Origin: Cycas panzhihuaensis
Taxonomy: Eukaryota; Plantae; Cycadophyta
Length of the DNA stretch: 64,000 nucleotides
Reading direction: 5' to 3'
NCBI GenBank assembly: GCA_023213395.1
Contig: CM041465.1
Coordinates: 173,731,741 to 173,795,740, forward strand
Position 1 is the stretch's first letter; each line of letters starts with the position of its first letter. The notes below the pieces were generated by a model, which was not told where the DNA came from, did not search any database, and saw nothing but the letters and a program-made list of their open reading frames with translations. This document shows, one piece after another, positions 1 to 11,768 of this stretch. A program made the position numbers and the translations under genes.

Positions 1-1987
1 CTTGCCTACATTTTGCAATCATGTTGTGGCCTTTAGCGAAGTCCACAACTTCATCTCAATCTAATCAATATTCCCTGGCAAAGACTCAACCCTAGGAGGT
101 TGTGCTCAACCTTTTAGAAGCCCAAGCTCCATTTTGGTTCAAGAATCCAAGTTTTTTGTGTGTTGGAACACTTATCTCACCATGGAACATAATCAAGAAA
201 AGGTTTCAGAATACCTTTAGCAAGAGAACAACTCCCATAATGTTTAGAACAATTATAGCATACATGAACGATTCTAGAATGGCTAGAACAACTTGCATGA
301 TCAGGAACAATTAGATAGTAATGGTTGTTGCAGAGAAGGAATAAGTAGGTTTTCTCTATCTTCTCACACCTTTCTCTTAGCATTTTCCAATTCCCCACTC
401 CCAATTATATATGAATTGGTATCTACGCTCCATTCCTTTCCTAAGGGCCACATTGCTTTCAAGAGTATTGTCCCTTCACCCTACTTCATTTTCAGTTGAT
501 ACTAAAACACCCATCATCTCTCATACCTCCACTACAAAAAGGTATATGATCTATTCATCATCTCACTGATTTCATATCAAAAATTGCTAGAACCAAGTTG
601 CTCCTTCCAATATCATATCATATAAATATGTAAGGACTAGGACGACAAACCCAAGCACACAACCTTGTTGAACAAATCCGCTATTATTGAAGCTAGGGAA
701 CAATATTAAAGCATCTTTGCATTTGCAGTATTGAAGCTTATGTTATACTTGCATTGTCAAATGATTCACTTCCTTGAAAAAACATCTTGATCAATTCAGT
801 CCCATTAATTGGCACTAAATTACAAAGCATCTCACATACTTAGACATAAAAGGCTTACAATAAGCACTAGTTTATCATCATAAGTTGGAAGAAACTAGAA
901 TTGTTGCCCTAGTAGCAACTACATGCATCATGGCACCCAGAGAAACGTTGACCACGAGAGCACATGATGAGAAAGCAAGCTAAAACATAGTTCTCAATGT
1001 CATTACATCAGAACTTCTAAACGCAAAACATTTCACAGTACTAGAACGTTTCCAAAGCAATTCAATCAAAATTGAAATGCATGAATAGTCAATAAAGTGG
1101 TGTTTTACTACTTAAAATTCTTATTTAGGTTAGGACAGGTTAGCTTAGGTTAATATTGGTTACTCTAGATAATGCTTAGACTATTATTAGTAGGCTAACG
1201 ATTGATTCGTGTTAATACTAATTTAGGTCAAAGTTTCATGGACACTTTTATATCATAAAGCATCTCAATGCATCAAAACATTGGCAAAACACATTTCAAT
1301 ATAGATGTTTCCAATATGCAAGCATAAAATAGCTCCTTAGATTATAAAGCAGTTATTATAAGATGTTGAGGTATTCAGCCAAGAGCCAAAGTAAAAAGTA
1401 ACCACCACTCTGGATCAGTAAAGTATTATCTGTAAATGCAGAAGCATGCCAATGGAACAAAAGTCAGTTGTTTGCAACCAAAACGAGGTATACTTGCCCA
1501 TGCTGGCATCCAGGAACCTTCAATCTACTTTTATTCATGGAATCCACAAACAGTAAGTGATATTTGGACTAGCGTCTCTGCACCAAACCATGAACTTGCA
1601 AAACAATTGAATCAATATAAACAAATGGAATAGCCACTAAACAACTGCTTCAGTGGAAAATTGACAGATGGGAGTCAAAAACAGCTACAGGATCAAGCAA
1701 ACACCCTCGGATTATGGTGTGACTCATGTATGGATTGATGGACCCGTCCAACAAATACACATAAATTGAGGTTCAAGCAAGACAGAAGCAACTACAGGAA
1801 AAAAATGCTATGTTAATTATAAATTTCCTCATTGGTAAAAGCCTAAGATTAACTATAATAGATAGAACATTAGAATCTAGAATCTGTACAAAAACCTAGC
1901 CAATTATAAATTTAAATTTCCTTTATTGATGTATACAAAGATAACAGCATAACATACAAAGGATAGCAAAGTAATTAAGTGCATTAC

Positions 1988-2059
1988 CTTTATCTGATAC
2001 ATTCCTAACAACTTAGCCAAAGGTGCAAAAACCTTCAAAGTCTCTAAAGCAATGCTGTG
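1988..2059 (-). CDS. RSH1: RSH1 internal exon
   Basis: 72 nt, AG/GT bounded, HSIALETLKVFAPLAKLLGMYQIK; next exon not found in 1-1987. Confidence 0.94.
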
Positions 2060-2161
2060 CTGCAACAGTAACACATGGAAAGTGGGTAAACATTTACAGC
2101 GGAAATAAGCAGTATTCCCAGAAATGAGCTCAGAACTTTTGGCTAACTATAGCCCCCTTAC

Positions 2162-2239
2162 CTGCTTATGAGGTGGCATATGTGACAGAGTTCGCATGTT
2201 ATGTAACCTGTCTGCAAGTTTGACTATAATTACACGCAC
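2162..2239 (-). CDS. RSH1: RSH1 internal exon
   Basis: 78 nt, AG/GT bounded, [26 protein letters not shown] containing the RelA/Spo[12 protein letters not shown] signature. Confidence 0.96.
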
Positions 2240-2339
2240 CTGAACAAATCCAGATTGCAAATTATGCATTACTTCCAACAAAGTCCAACACTACTGCATG
2301 TGATCTTTGCTACTAGTATTCTTTAGTACTGAACGTCAC

Positions 2340-2441
2340 CTCTTCTGTCATAGCAAGAAACATCTGCCGCAAGTCATCAGCTTTGACATCTTGCACAGAA
2401 TTGTTAGAATTGGCACATTGCAGTTTACCAAGCTTAGATAC
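2340..2441 (-). CDS. RSH1: RSH1 internal exon
   Basis: 102 nt, AG/GT bounded, phase 0, VSKLGKLQCANSNNSVQDVKADDLRQMFLAMTEE; continues the previous exon in frame. Confidence 0.95.
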
Positions 2442-2535
2442 CTGCAAGATGCAAGGAACAGAACAAAGACTACATTTCCAAATCTGAAAACTTCCAGAAA
2501 ATCTTTTTCAAAGAAAACCTTGATAATATAAGAAC

Positions 2536-2667
2536 CTTTGTCTCTCCTTCAACAATGTGACGCACAACCGAACCAAACTCTTCCTCTATCCTTTCAAATG
2601 TAACAACATTAGTGTCCTCCACGGTATCATGCAACAGACCTGCTGCAATTGATTCCCAATCTAATTC
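2536..2667 (-). CDS. RSH1: RelA/SpoT homologue (RSH1-type) internal exon, HD hydrolase domain
   Basis: 132 nt, AG/GT bounded, translates ELDWESIAAGLLHDTVEDTNVVTFERIEEEFGSVVRHIVEGETK with intact HD motif; recognisable as plant RSH1. Confidence 0.95.
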
Positions 2668-5602
2668 CTGCAAAGATATTCAGATACACAATAAGTTGAA
2701 TGAAATACAGGTTGGAAAAACCTAAAAGTAAATATATAAATCAAGGCTAAGTGACTGCACAACACACTGAACAGAAAATAATTACCACTCCTTAAAAGAA
2801 AGAGGTTTAACTGAACTTAGAAGCCAAAATATCCAATGTTACACAGATTTCAGGGGGTCTTAACGATACATCTGTGAAGAGAAGCAGCAAAAAGTGTTGT
2901 GTGACATGACAAACACCATTCAAAATTGATAATATGTAGCACGCTATAGTTATGCAGGAATCATTGAGTTCCACCAACATAGAAATTTGTATAGTTGATT
3001 TTGCTGAGTTTACACTAACGTAAGTTGTAAATTAGCATAACAACGCATAACTTACATTAGAGCTAACTTCTCGTCTAAATCACCAGAAACTCCAATTTCA
3101 CCAACATTTCCACCTAACGCAGCAAAATAACCTACAAATGTTTTGGGGCCATTCTCATTTCCTAGAAGCATTTCCTGCCGGAAAATGAATTTTGTCACAT
3201 TTCTGGCCAAAGAATGCCAAGGGTACCCTAACTACTAAATATTATAATTTAATAACTAAAATATTTCATGCCCCATATGTTATAATACGTATGTATGTTG
3301 ATTTTTGGACGTCTGGTCATATGCGTGTACGTATATACACACTATCCAAAAAAAGAAAAGCGTGTCAGTCCATCCATCCCCACACCTGTAAGTTGTATAT
3401 AATATAATATTACATTATTGTATTGTACTCTCTCTCACCCCCCTCCCCCTTCCACACCCCCACCCCACCCCAAAAAAACTCTCCCAGGATGTCTAACCAT
3501 CAGCCTGATGCAACAAGTATTGATCCATTAATATTATATTACATTAAGGAGCTCGCAAATGACATCAATATCCTCTTCATGGAAATTAATTTCTATGGTT
3601 TCAAATAAGACAAACCAGCCTCCCACTAAAATAAGACCATTAAGATAAGAATCTTGATGGTATTTGATGCTTGCAATAATACAATAGAACACATTTCATA
3701 TGTCTAGATAATATCTATATAAGAAATCTTTAAAAATTTTATATAGAAATAGAAAGCATGTTTCTTAGAGAAGCATATAATCAAAGGAACGAAAAACCAT
3801 ATAAGAATATTCACCATAGGTGATAGGAAAATCAATCATCTAGAAATAATTCTTATGGGTATAAACAAAATGTGAGATTATAGCCATGTGGTGGACCAAC
3901 GTCATTATACCAATTATTGTTTAGGTGTGTATAAATCTTATTATCAAATCTATAGTTTTTAATGCTCACATTCTCATATAAGCATGATTGTATGCATGAA
4001 AACTGGCACTTGGGACAGTAGAGAACGGCTTTAGACACAGCTCCAGCAACATAGTGGCAAAAAAGGAAGAAACAAAACAATGAAAATTACAATTGCGCAC
4101 CATTGGAACAGCTACAGGAATCGTTAGAATGATTATCGTTCGACAATTCAACTATCAAGGAGAGTTTATAGACTACTGTGGAATAGGAATGGTTTTAAGG
4201 GAGCGACGAAAATTAAGAAGAAATGGTTCTCCAACATCCGAGCAGCTACAGCAAAAGGCGTACATACAATCATATGGGAAAGATTCATTAATGAGACATA
4301 ATCATGATTTGTTATGAAAATATATAACGGCTATACCCTTTGGCTCAAAATGGATGTAAAAAGGGTTGATTTTAGTGTGAGAGCCAATTCATTGAGTCAT
4401 GTAATGTTCTCTAGCGTGAGAGATGGTTTATTGAAGCATACCTAGTAGTAAAGCATTGGACTTAGCTACTGCTTAATGAAATCATAAGTTACGAAGAAAA
4501 CTAGTGCATGTTGTCTATAGATATGCTTGTGTGAGTATCTCCCTTACAACATATATGTGTGTGTATGAGCACTAACATATAATAGCAAGTTGACAAGACT
4601 TGAAGTGGTGCCAAGGACGATGAAAGAGGACACATGATTGGAGCATAAACAGGCAATCTTGGAACAACTGGTGTGTTGAACTTCAATCAACATTGGTTCC
4701 ATTGTTGAATCCCTTGTTTGAAGAAGAGAACCCAAGTCTTGTCAAGAGGTGAGAGTGCATACCCATAGATCTAAGGACCCTGGCTACTGATACAATGGCA
4801 ATTTCTAACTAAACCACAATAGCCAAAGCACCTTCCAATGTGACCTAAGAAGCCTTTGAGTCAAGTCCCAAAATAAAGCTAACAAAGGGAAATACATTAG
4901 GTCAAGAAGTGTAAAACATGACAAGCACAAAAGAAAGGTGCACCATCAAAAGGTGGGACCAAAGAAAGGTCCATCGACAATTCAAAAACAAGCAAGTTGC
5001 AAACATACCTAAATGTCAAAAGTGAAGGTGCATACCTAAATGCCAAAAGATAAGGTGGCATAACAAAAATAGAAGTAACTCCCAAAACACAAGAGGCCCT
5101 CGTATCTGACCCCATCAAGACATCTATGGTAAGTGATAACCATGGACAAGACAAAAGCTCAAAAGGCAAGAGTGACAACAATGAAAAAGCAAAGGAAGGT
5201 CCTGTTGCAGCTTGGGAGAACTATTTCAAGAGGAAATTGTTTAATACGCCACCAGAACCAAAAGATGGCACATTCTTAATACAAACATCATCAACAATTC
5301 AAGTTCTAGGGTTAGAAACAACGATACAACTAAAGACGCCACAAAATAATCCATTGCTTAAAGCTAGTAAAAAGATAGAGTCAACATCATGAGTAAGTCC
5401 ACTATTAGAATTCATCAATGTAATGGCCACAAACACACCCCGTCACAACACAATGCCCAAGGCAATCTCCTCATCCCCAATGAATTACTACAATGAAAGT
5501 GCTTGCAATCACTTAATCTTTGATGGAACAATGGATGCAACAAAGCACCTACATGTGTTCAAATGCATGATAAAAGTAACGAGAATCAAAGACAAGGTTG
5601 AT

Positions 5603-6350
5603 TGTCACAAGCCTAATTATATTAGTATGACATCGACTCAAAATAAGCATGTGAAGTCAACTTCAAGAGAGAGAATAAGAAGTTGATTTTTTCAAAGAAA
5701 ACAATTAGGTTGCAGCCTATGGCTATAAAGAAGGGAGCCCTAATAATTTATCATCGCTTTGGAATATTATTTGTCTTACTGAGACAACGGCCTAAAGCCT
5801 TTGTGGCACTACGATGCCTTGAGGGGATCCCCTTGCCACGAAGAGGGTTACTATATTGAGAATCTCAAATGATAATTTGTATTTTTAAATATGGCTCTAT
5901 GTAAATCTAAACTTATGTTGATACTCCATTATGTGCATGGTTTCAATCTAATATTCTAATTTATTCCTAAAATTCATGATAGAAATTTAGCAATAAATCA
6001 TAATATTAGAGTGAAAACTACACATAATGGAATAACAACATAATAATTAGATTTACAATAGAACCATATTTCAAAAATACAAATTATCATGAGATTCTCA
6101 GTATAGTTGCCCTCTTCAAGGTGAGGAGGATCCCCCTAGGGCACCGTAGTGCCAAGGCTTTAGGCAATTCTCTGAGTAAGACATAATATTCCAAAATGAT
6201 GATAAATGACTACGACTCCCTTGTTTATAGCCATAGGCTAGAGCCTAATTATTCTCTCTTAAAAAACCGACTTATTATTCTCTCTCTTAAAACCAACTTC
6301 GCATGCCTATTTGGAGCCGACTTCACATTAATATAATTAGGCTTGTAACA
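5603..6350. repeat. ~370-bp-arm imperfect inverted repeat formed by two LTRs fused at their U5 sides
   Basis: 5603-5974 aligns with the reverse complement of 5983-6350 (tgtcacaagcctaattatatta...taatataattaggcttgtaaca); spacer ~8 nt. Confidence 0.9.
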
Positions 6351-8946
6351 ACTCCCCTCCCCTTAAAACACTTCTCCCACAAAGTATAAATGTTGCATAA
6401 CAAATCGCTTGGAACCACCTTCCACTTTGTCTCCAATCTGTGACCTACATGAGGTCATTTATGTCTAGTACTAAATGAATTTTGTATCTGTTCTAGCATA
6501 AAAACGATCATGGGAGATATGTAACATTGACAACATGGGGCTGAAAACCTGTTTTCTAGTTGCACATTTTATCCACAGGCTTTTGACCTTGAAAGAAAGA
6601 TTTTGCCCAAATAGATGAAGAACAAAAGTGGGTTACTGAGAAGGTTTTGTGGAAATGGAATAGGTCATGTTCAAGGTATAAGGGATAAGGTAGTAAGAAC
6701 AGTTATGATGATTGCCTGACAAGTATTGTTTATAAATACCAAGAATATCGTGAGAAGGATTAGGTAATGTGGAAAAATTGGGCTTTGATGAAGTGACCAA
6801 TAAGCATTTTTTATGTGTGGGAAGTAGTAAAATAGAAAGTATACATTGATAGGTATGTGCAATTTGGAAATTAGTTCTACATTGGGTACACAGACGACTA
6901 GGGTTTATAATGAGTAAGGGATTGGTTGGATAGCTAAAACTCTCACGAGGGTAATGGATAAGGGACAAATCAGAGTAATTTGTGGAGGAAAATATGATGG
7001 AAATTAAAAAGTGAATACTATAGGAGTGATAAGCAGTCTTAGGAGATAAAGATTTTATAGGGGATGGATATGGAATTGGTGCTAGAAACTCTTTATAGGA
7101 AAGGGGTTTTGATAGGAGTCCTATGAAGGGTGTAGAAGAAGACTTCGTAGGGAATCAAATTGGGTGGATATAGGGACTTAGATGATCGGATTAAGGTGGA
7201 ACCAGGATTTCTCCTACAAGGATTTGGGAATAGAAAAATTTAACTGTGGGGTACTTTTGGACATACATTGGAGGACCCTTTAAAGTAATGTAACGAGGAA
7301 AATCAAGAGGTACAATAAAACTACCAAAGGAAATGGACATGTGCAAAATAGGATTTGGAACCATGTCAAATACCTTATTGGATTCACTTGATTGCTTGGA
7401 CTCTCCCTCCGTCTATTTAGGTTCTTCTTCATACCACTCCCTAGATGCTTATATTTCTATTGGATCCTCTTTCAAACACTCATCAATAGGTTCATGTTGG
7501 TCATGAATAAGTTCTTCATCATCTAAATCATACAATTATACTATTTCTTCTTTGACTTCGTCTTCCTCGCAAGCGAGCTCTTTTTTTTTGTGCACCTATA
7601 TTGGTTTTTCCCTAATTTCTTTTTCTATGACTTCTTTTAGGTGTATTCTCCTCATTCTGCAAGGAGTTCTTTAAATTCCCAGTCGACTACTTGTTTCTCA
7701 ATTGTTCTTGCATCCATAAGAGGAACTCCTACTGTGCCCCTTTTAGTTCTTGCATTTTTGTTGTGAACTTCTATTTTTTCCTCTAACTAGTTGAAGAGGC
7801 CTAATTTTGAATATCTTCACATTGCTCACATATTCTATCACATATGTTCCTTCCTCAGTGACAAAATTTTCTAGAGAAATTTGCATGTTGTTATCCATCT
7901 CCAATGGCTCAATCCACATTGACTATTAGTCCCCTAAATTCTTTCACGTAACTTAGGGCAAAATATAACTTCATCAACAAAATTAAAATAGTATATATTT
8001 TAACCATAAAAACCGAATTAAACCCTCCTTAATATAAATGCAATGCAAAAACGCTTCCAATGGATCCTATTTGAGGCTATTTGGAAACCTGTAACCTATG
8101 TAATGACCATTTGAAGTTTATCAAAATTTAGGGTTTTGGAATCGATAGTAGTACTTGTTACTCAAATGATGATAACTTTTGATCTTGATATCGAATTAAA
8201 TTAAAACCACGTCCAATAGAAAGTAAACTTCAAGGCACACCTATTCAAAAAATAAAAGGAAAAAAAAAAGAAGTCAATTGGATACCTATAGCCCCTATTA
8301 TGGTCATTTAAAGTTAAGGTAGCAGATTTTTTGCCCTATGGATGGTAGTAAACAACAAACCGAATTGAAACCTTTATAACTTTCAAAATTCTGCTCAAAA
8401 CTCTACAGTATAGCCACTCAAAATTTACAACACAAGTCTGGTCATCTGCACTATATAATCACTTTATCCAAATTTAGTCATTTCTAACTACAAATCACAT
8501 ATCTTTAATAAAACCCTAATTGGCCAAAATCATGCTCTGATACCAATTGTGGTAGAGCCCATAACATTTAATGGAAAAAATTTAGTAATAAATCAGAAGA
8601 TCAGAGTGAAACAATGCACATAATGGAGTATCACCATAATATTAGATTTACAATAGAACCATATTTCAGAAATACAAATTATCAAATGAAATTCTCATAA
8701 TAGTAATCCACTGTGAGGCAAAGGGTATCTCCCAAGGCACGATAGTGCCACAATGACTTTAGGCCATTGTCTCAATAAGACAAATAATATTTCAAAGATG
8801 ATGATAAATGATTAGGGCTCCCTTATTTATAGCCACAGGCTAGAGTCCAATTATTCTCTCTCTAAAAAACTTGACTTCTTTCTTAAAACTAACTTCAAGT
8901 GCCTATTTGGAGTTGATTTTATATTAATATAATTAAGCTTGCAACA
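5603..8946 (-). mobile_element. Element E: non-autonomous LTR element with an extra inverted LTR at its 3' end
   Basis: 5' LTR 8548-8946, iMet PBS 8534-8545, PPT 6351-6364, truncated 3' LTR ~5983-6350, inverted LTR copy 5603-~5974; TSD TTGAT/TTGAC; no RT/INT motifs seen. Confidence 0.85.
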
Positions 8947-11768
8947 TTGACATAAAAGGGAGCTTTTCTTGCACCTTGAAGGGAGTTAGATTAATATGGT
9001 ACAAGGAATTAGATGACAAAACTAAGATGTGAAGTCGTCACAAAAGAATTTCAAGAGAGATTTCAAAAACAACGAAGTAACGAAGCTATAATCCACGCAT
9101 TAAGATATGCCAAACAAAAGTTGGGGCAGTCTGTCCTAGACTTTGGAAGTAGAATAGCAATCATTGCTGAGAATATGATCAATGGAGAAAACATACTAAA
9201 CAATCTCATGAAGACCTACTTTGTGAATTGATTACATTCAAAGTTGTAAGACTCCCTTAAACAACAATGGATGGAAAGTTTCACAAAAACCAAAACTTTA
9301 GCATTGGAATTTGAGAAGCAGAAGGATTCAGAGGAAATCAGGGGCTAAAACAATATATTAAAAATGTTACATAACAGAGTCTAAGAATTATATGCAAAAA
9401 AATCATGCAAGGCCATGGGACAGGAGGATGGAAACCCTAAGGTACAAGCATTAAGAGAAGAAATTGCCTAATTGAAGCTAGAGCTCAACAAGGAAAAGAA
9501 GACAATGGACTCAAGAAATAAGAAGAAAACTACCATCTATAAGAGAACGAGAGCAAGTACGGAGGAAAGATTGTACCTTATCTGTAAGTCAACAACACAC
9601 AACCTCTTTGATTGATATTACAATGGTTGTCACCATAATAATAGAGGTAGAGACCAAGCTAGGGGTGAAACTAGATAGACCTCCTTAGCCAAAACATTGC
9701 CTAGCCCAACAAAAAAGAAGAAATTAGTAGGTAGATGCCTCTTTTGCTTAAGAGTTTGGACATCGAAGATCTAAGTGTCCTTGTGATAAGATGGATGACA
9801 ACAACACCCAGTGCAGTCTGTGCAACAACACCATAGAAAATTGCCCTTTGAATGCCAAATCCAGCAATCTGATGTCAATAGTGCCTAACACACCCAAACT
9901 AGTCAATCTCCAAACAAGAAACAGATTAAATACAGAAGCAAAAAGGACAAATTAGACTACCCAAACCCTAAAGTGGAAATTGGCCGTTTCGCTATAGCAA
10001 AGAAGGCTTGGACGAGGTGGCCAAAGAAGTGGAAACCAACCACCCCACTCCACCTCTTCTATAAATCAAAAGTATACATAGGAGAAGAGAATCCCCCAAA
10101 AGAAGGGAAGAGGTGGAATCCCCAAGGACAACTCTAATATCAAAATTTAATGAGTTGTTTAACAACATTCCTAAGGAGGATATTCCAAGAATTTTAGGGT
10201 TGAAAAACCTGCTAGAACAATTCCAAATGGAAATCCCACCATCCCAAATAATTCAATGGTTGGAAACAGGAGCATTGCTAGTGATGGACTCAAAAGGAAG
10301 AGTGCAGAACATAAATAAGATCTTACCAATATTCAATGAAGATCCTAAAGTAACCATCAACATCCTACAACGTGACTATGGATAGTAGTTCTATCATAAA
10401 TCTACTCCCAACCCAGACTTAGAGGAAGATTCAAAGCCCTACATTGAAACCGTAAGTTACTTGTTGAAGGTAGTCAATGAGCTCCAATTGTGATCGTTAG
10501 GATTGATGCCCAATATTAACATAAATGCCGCAAGAGTAGAAATGCACATTGAATTTACCGTGTTGGAGATGGTTCAGGCCATGGTATCCTTTCCCACTTT
10601 ATTGGGTTCACCATGGCTATACAAAACTAAGTGCTTGCAAAATTAAGAGCACCACACCTTCAACTTAAAACAAAATGAAGAAGCAATGAACCTTCCAATG
10701 GTAGGGAAGAAAAAGAATGCAATCAAGATTATGCCCAACAATGCATCAAGTATAACAATCTCAAGTGAGAAGACTGCTTCGTCATTTAATGAAGATACAA
10801 GCTATCAAGCAATGGAATAATGCAAAGGCAATGAATAACCTATATGAGATGGAACCCAACTACTTTGGAGAACATCATCTTGGTATAGAATTAGGAGGAG
10901 GAGGAGATACCAACTCTTTCCTAGGTAATTACGTACAAGGGGTTTACAAGCTAACCCGCCCCTCCTTTAGATGCTCCTTCTTGTCAATTTATTATGATAT
11001 AGGCAGTAATAATAATAATCAACATGTTAATGAGCACACAAGTGTTAATAGTAGTGATATTAGTGATGTTGATAGGGATGCATGCCTTACTTTAGATAGT
11101 ATAATTAGTAGTATTTGATGAGCATGGTTACTGCTCACCCATGTAACATAAAATATAACCATTTTAACAATTGTATATTAGGTACATTTTCTAATTTTAT
11201 ATTGAGTTCGCTTAAGTTATCAAAAGTGACTCAAGTCAAGTTAGTATAAGGTTAAATTAGTTTGCATCTCAGTTATAAAAATGTAACTAGTATTCTATTT
11301 AGAGTAGACACTTTTTAATTTAGAGTAGATACCTTAATTTTCTATTTAGAGAATATTACTTTTCAGTTTGTAATTGCCCCTCCACTCTCAATGCTCAACA
11401 TCTTTGTAAAGAGAAGGGAGCCTTCTATTATAACTATGAACCTTTGAAGTTTGAATATATCAAACTTATTTTTCATGCTTGCTCTCTTGCACATTCTTCC
11501 TCATTTTTGGTGTTGTACTCATCTATGCTTAAGCAAATCCAATCCATATTGGAGCCACTTAGCTACTCACAATCTCTAGCCAAGTGCTCCAAGGAAGCAA
11601 CTTCAACCCCAGAGCATCCAAAATGGTTTGCAGTAAAGTCATTGAAATGTTTACAGACAAGAACAGTTCTCAAACGGGTTGTAGAACAAGAAATCAACTC
11701 TCGGGGAATGCTTGTAGGAATGGTTCTAGACAAGAATTGTTCTGCAAACAGTTGTAAGAACGGTTCTC

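Larger units (their letters stand above)
4000..11100 (+). mobile_element. Element D: old, degenerate gag-protease-only LTR element related to C; interrupted by E; outer boundaries approximate
   Basis: LTR-like end CAACA at 4692 followed by decayed tRNA-Glu-type PBS TGGTTCCATTG; peptides homologous to C (GPVAAWENY..QLKTPQNNPL, LIFDGTMDA, DYPNPKVEI, DASSITI); gag reads through once E is removed; no 3' LTR identified. Confidence 0.7.

Noticed and set aside
250-290. Possible next RSH1 exon (minus-strand ILESFMYA resembles SELENLSFMY)
   Set aside because: Flanking residues do not match RSH1, a stop follows shortly, and no convincing splice sites
1-1400. Repeat-like DNA with degenerate AGAACAA/GAATGG motifs, compositionally similar to 11560-11768 and 61545-62270
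   Set aside because: Probably old LTR-derived sequence, but I could not define ends, TSD or coding motifs
1436-1633. 65-aa ORF as a separate gene
   Set aside because: No recognisable homology; antisense within an RSH1 intron
1988-2667. Bacterial relA/spoT contamination
   Set aside because: Coding sequence is split by canonical spliceosomal introns and lies beside plant retrotransposons
3070-3420. Possible Helitron or MITE terminus
   Set aside because: Only a compositional impression; no TIR pair, TSD or CTAG/hairpin end established
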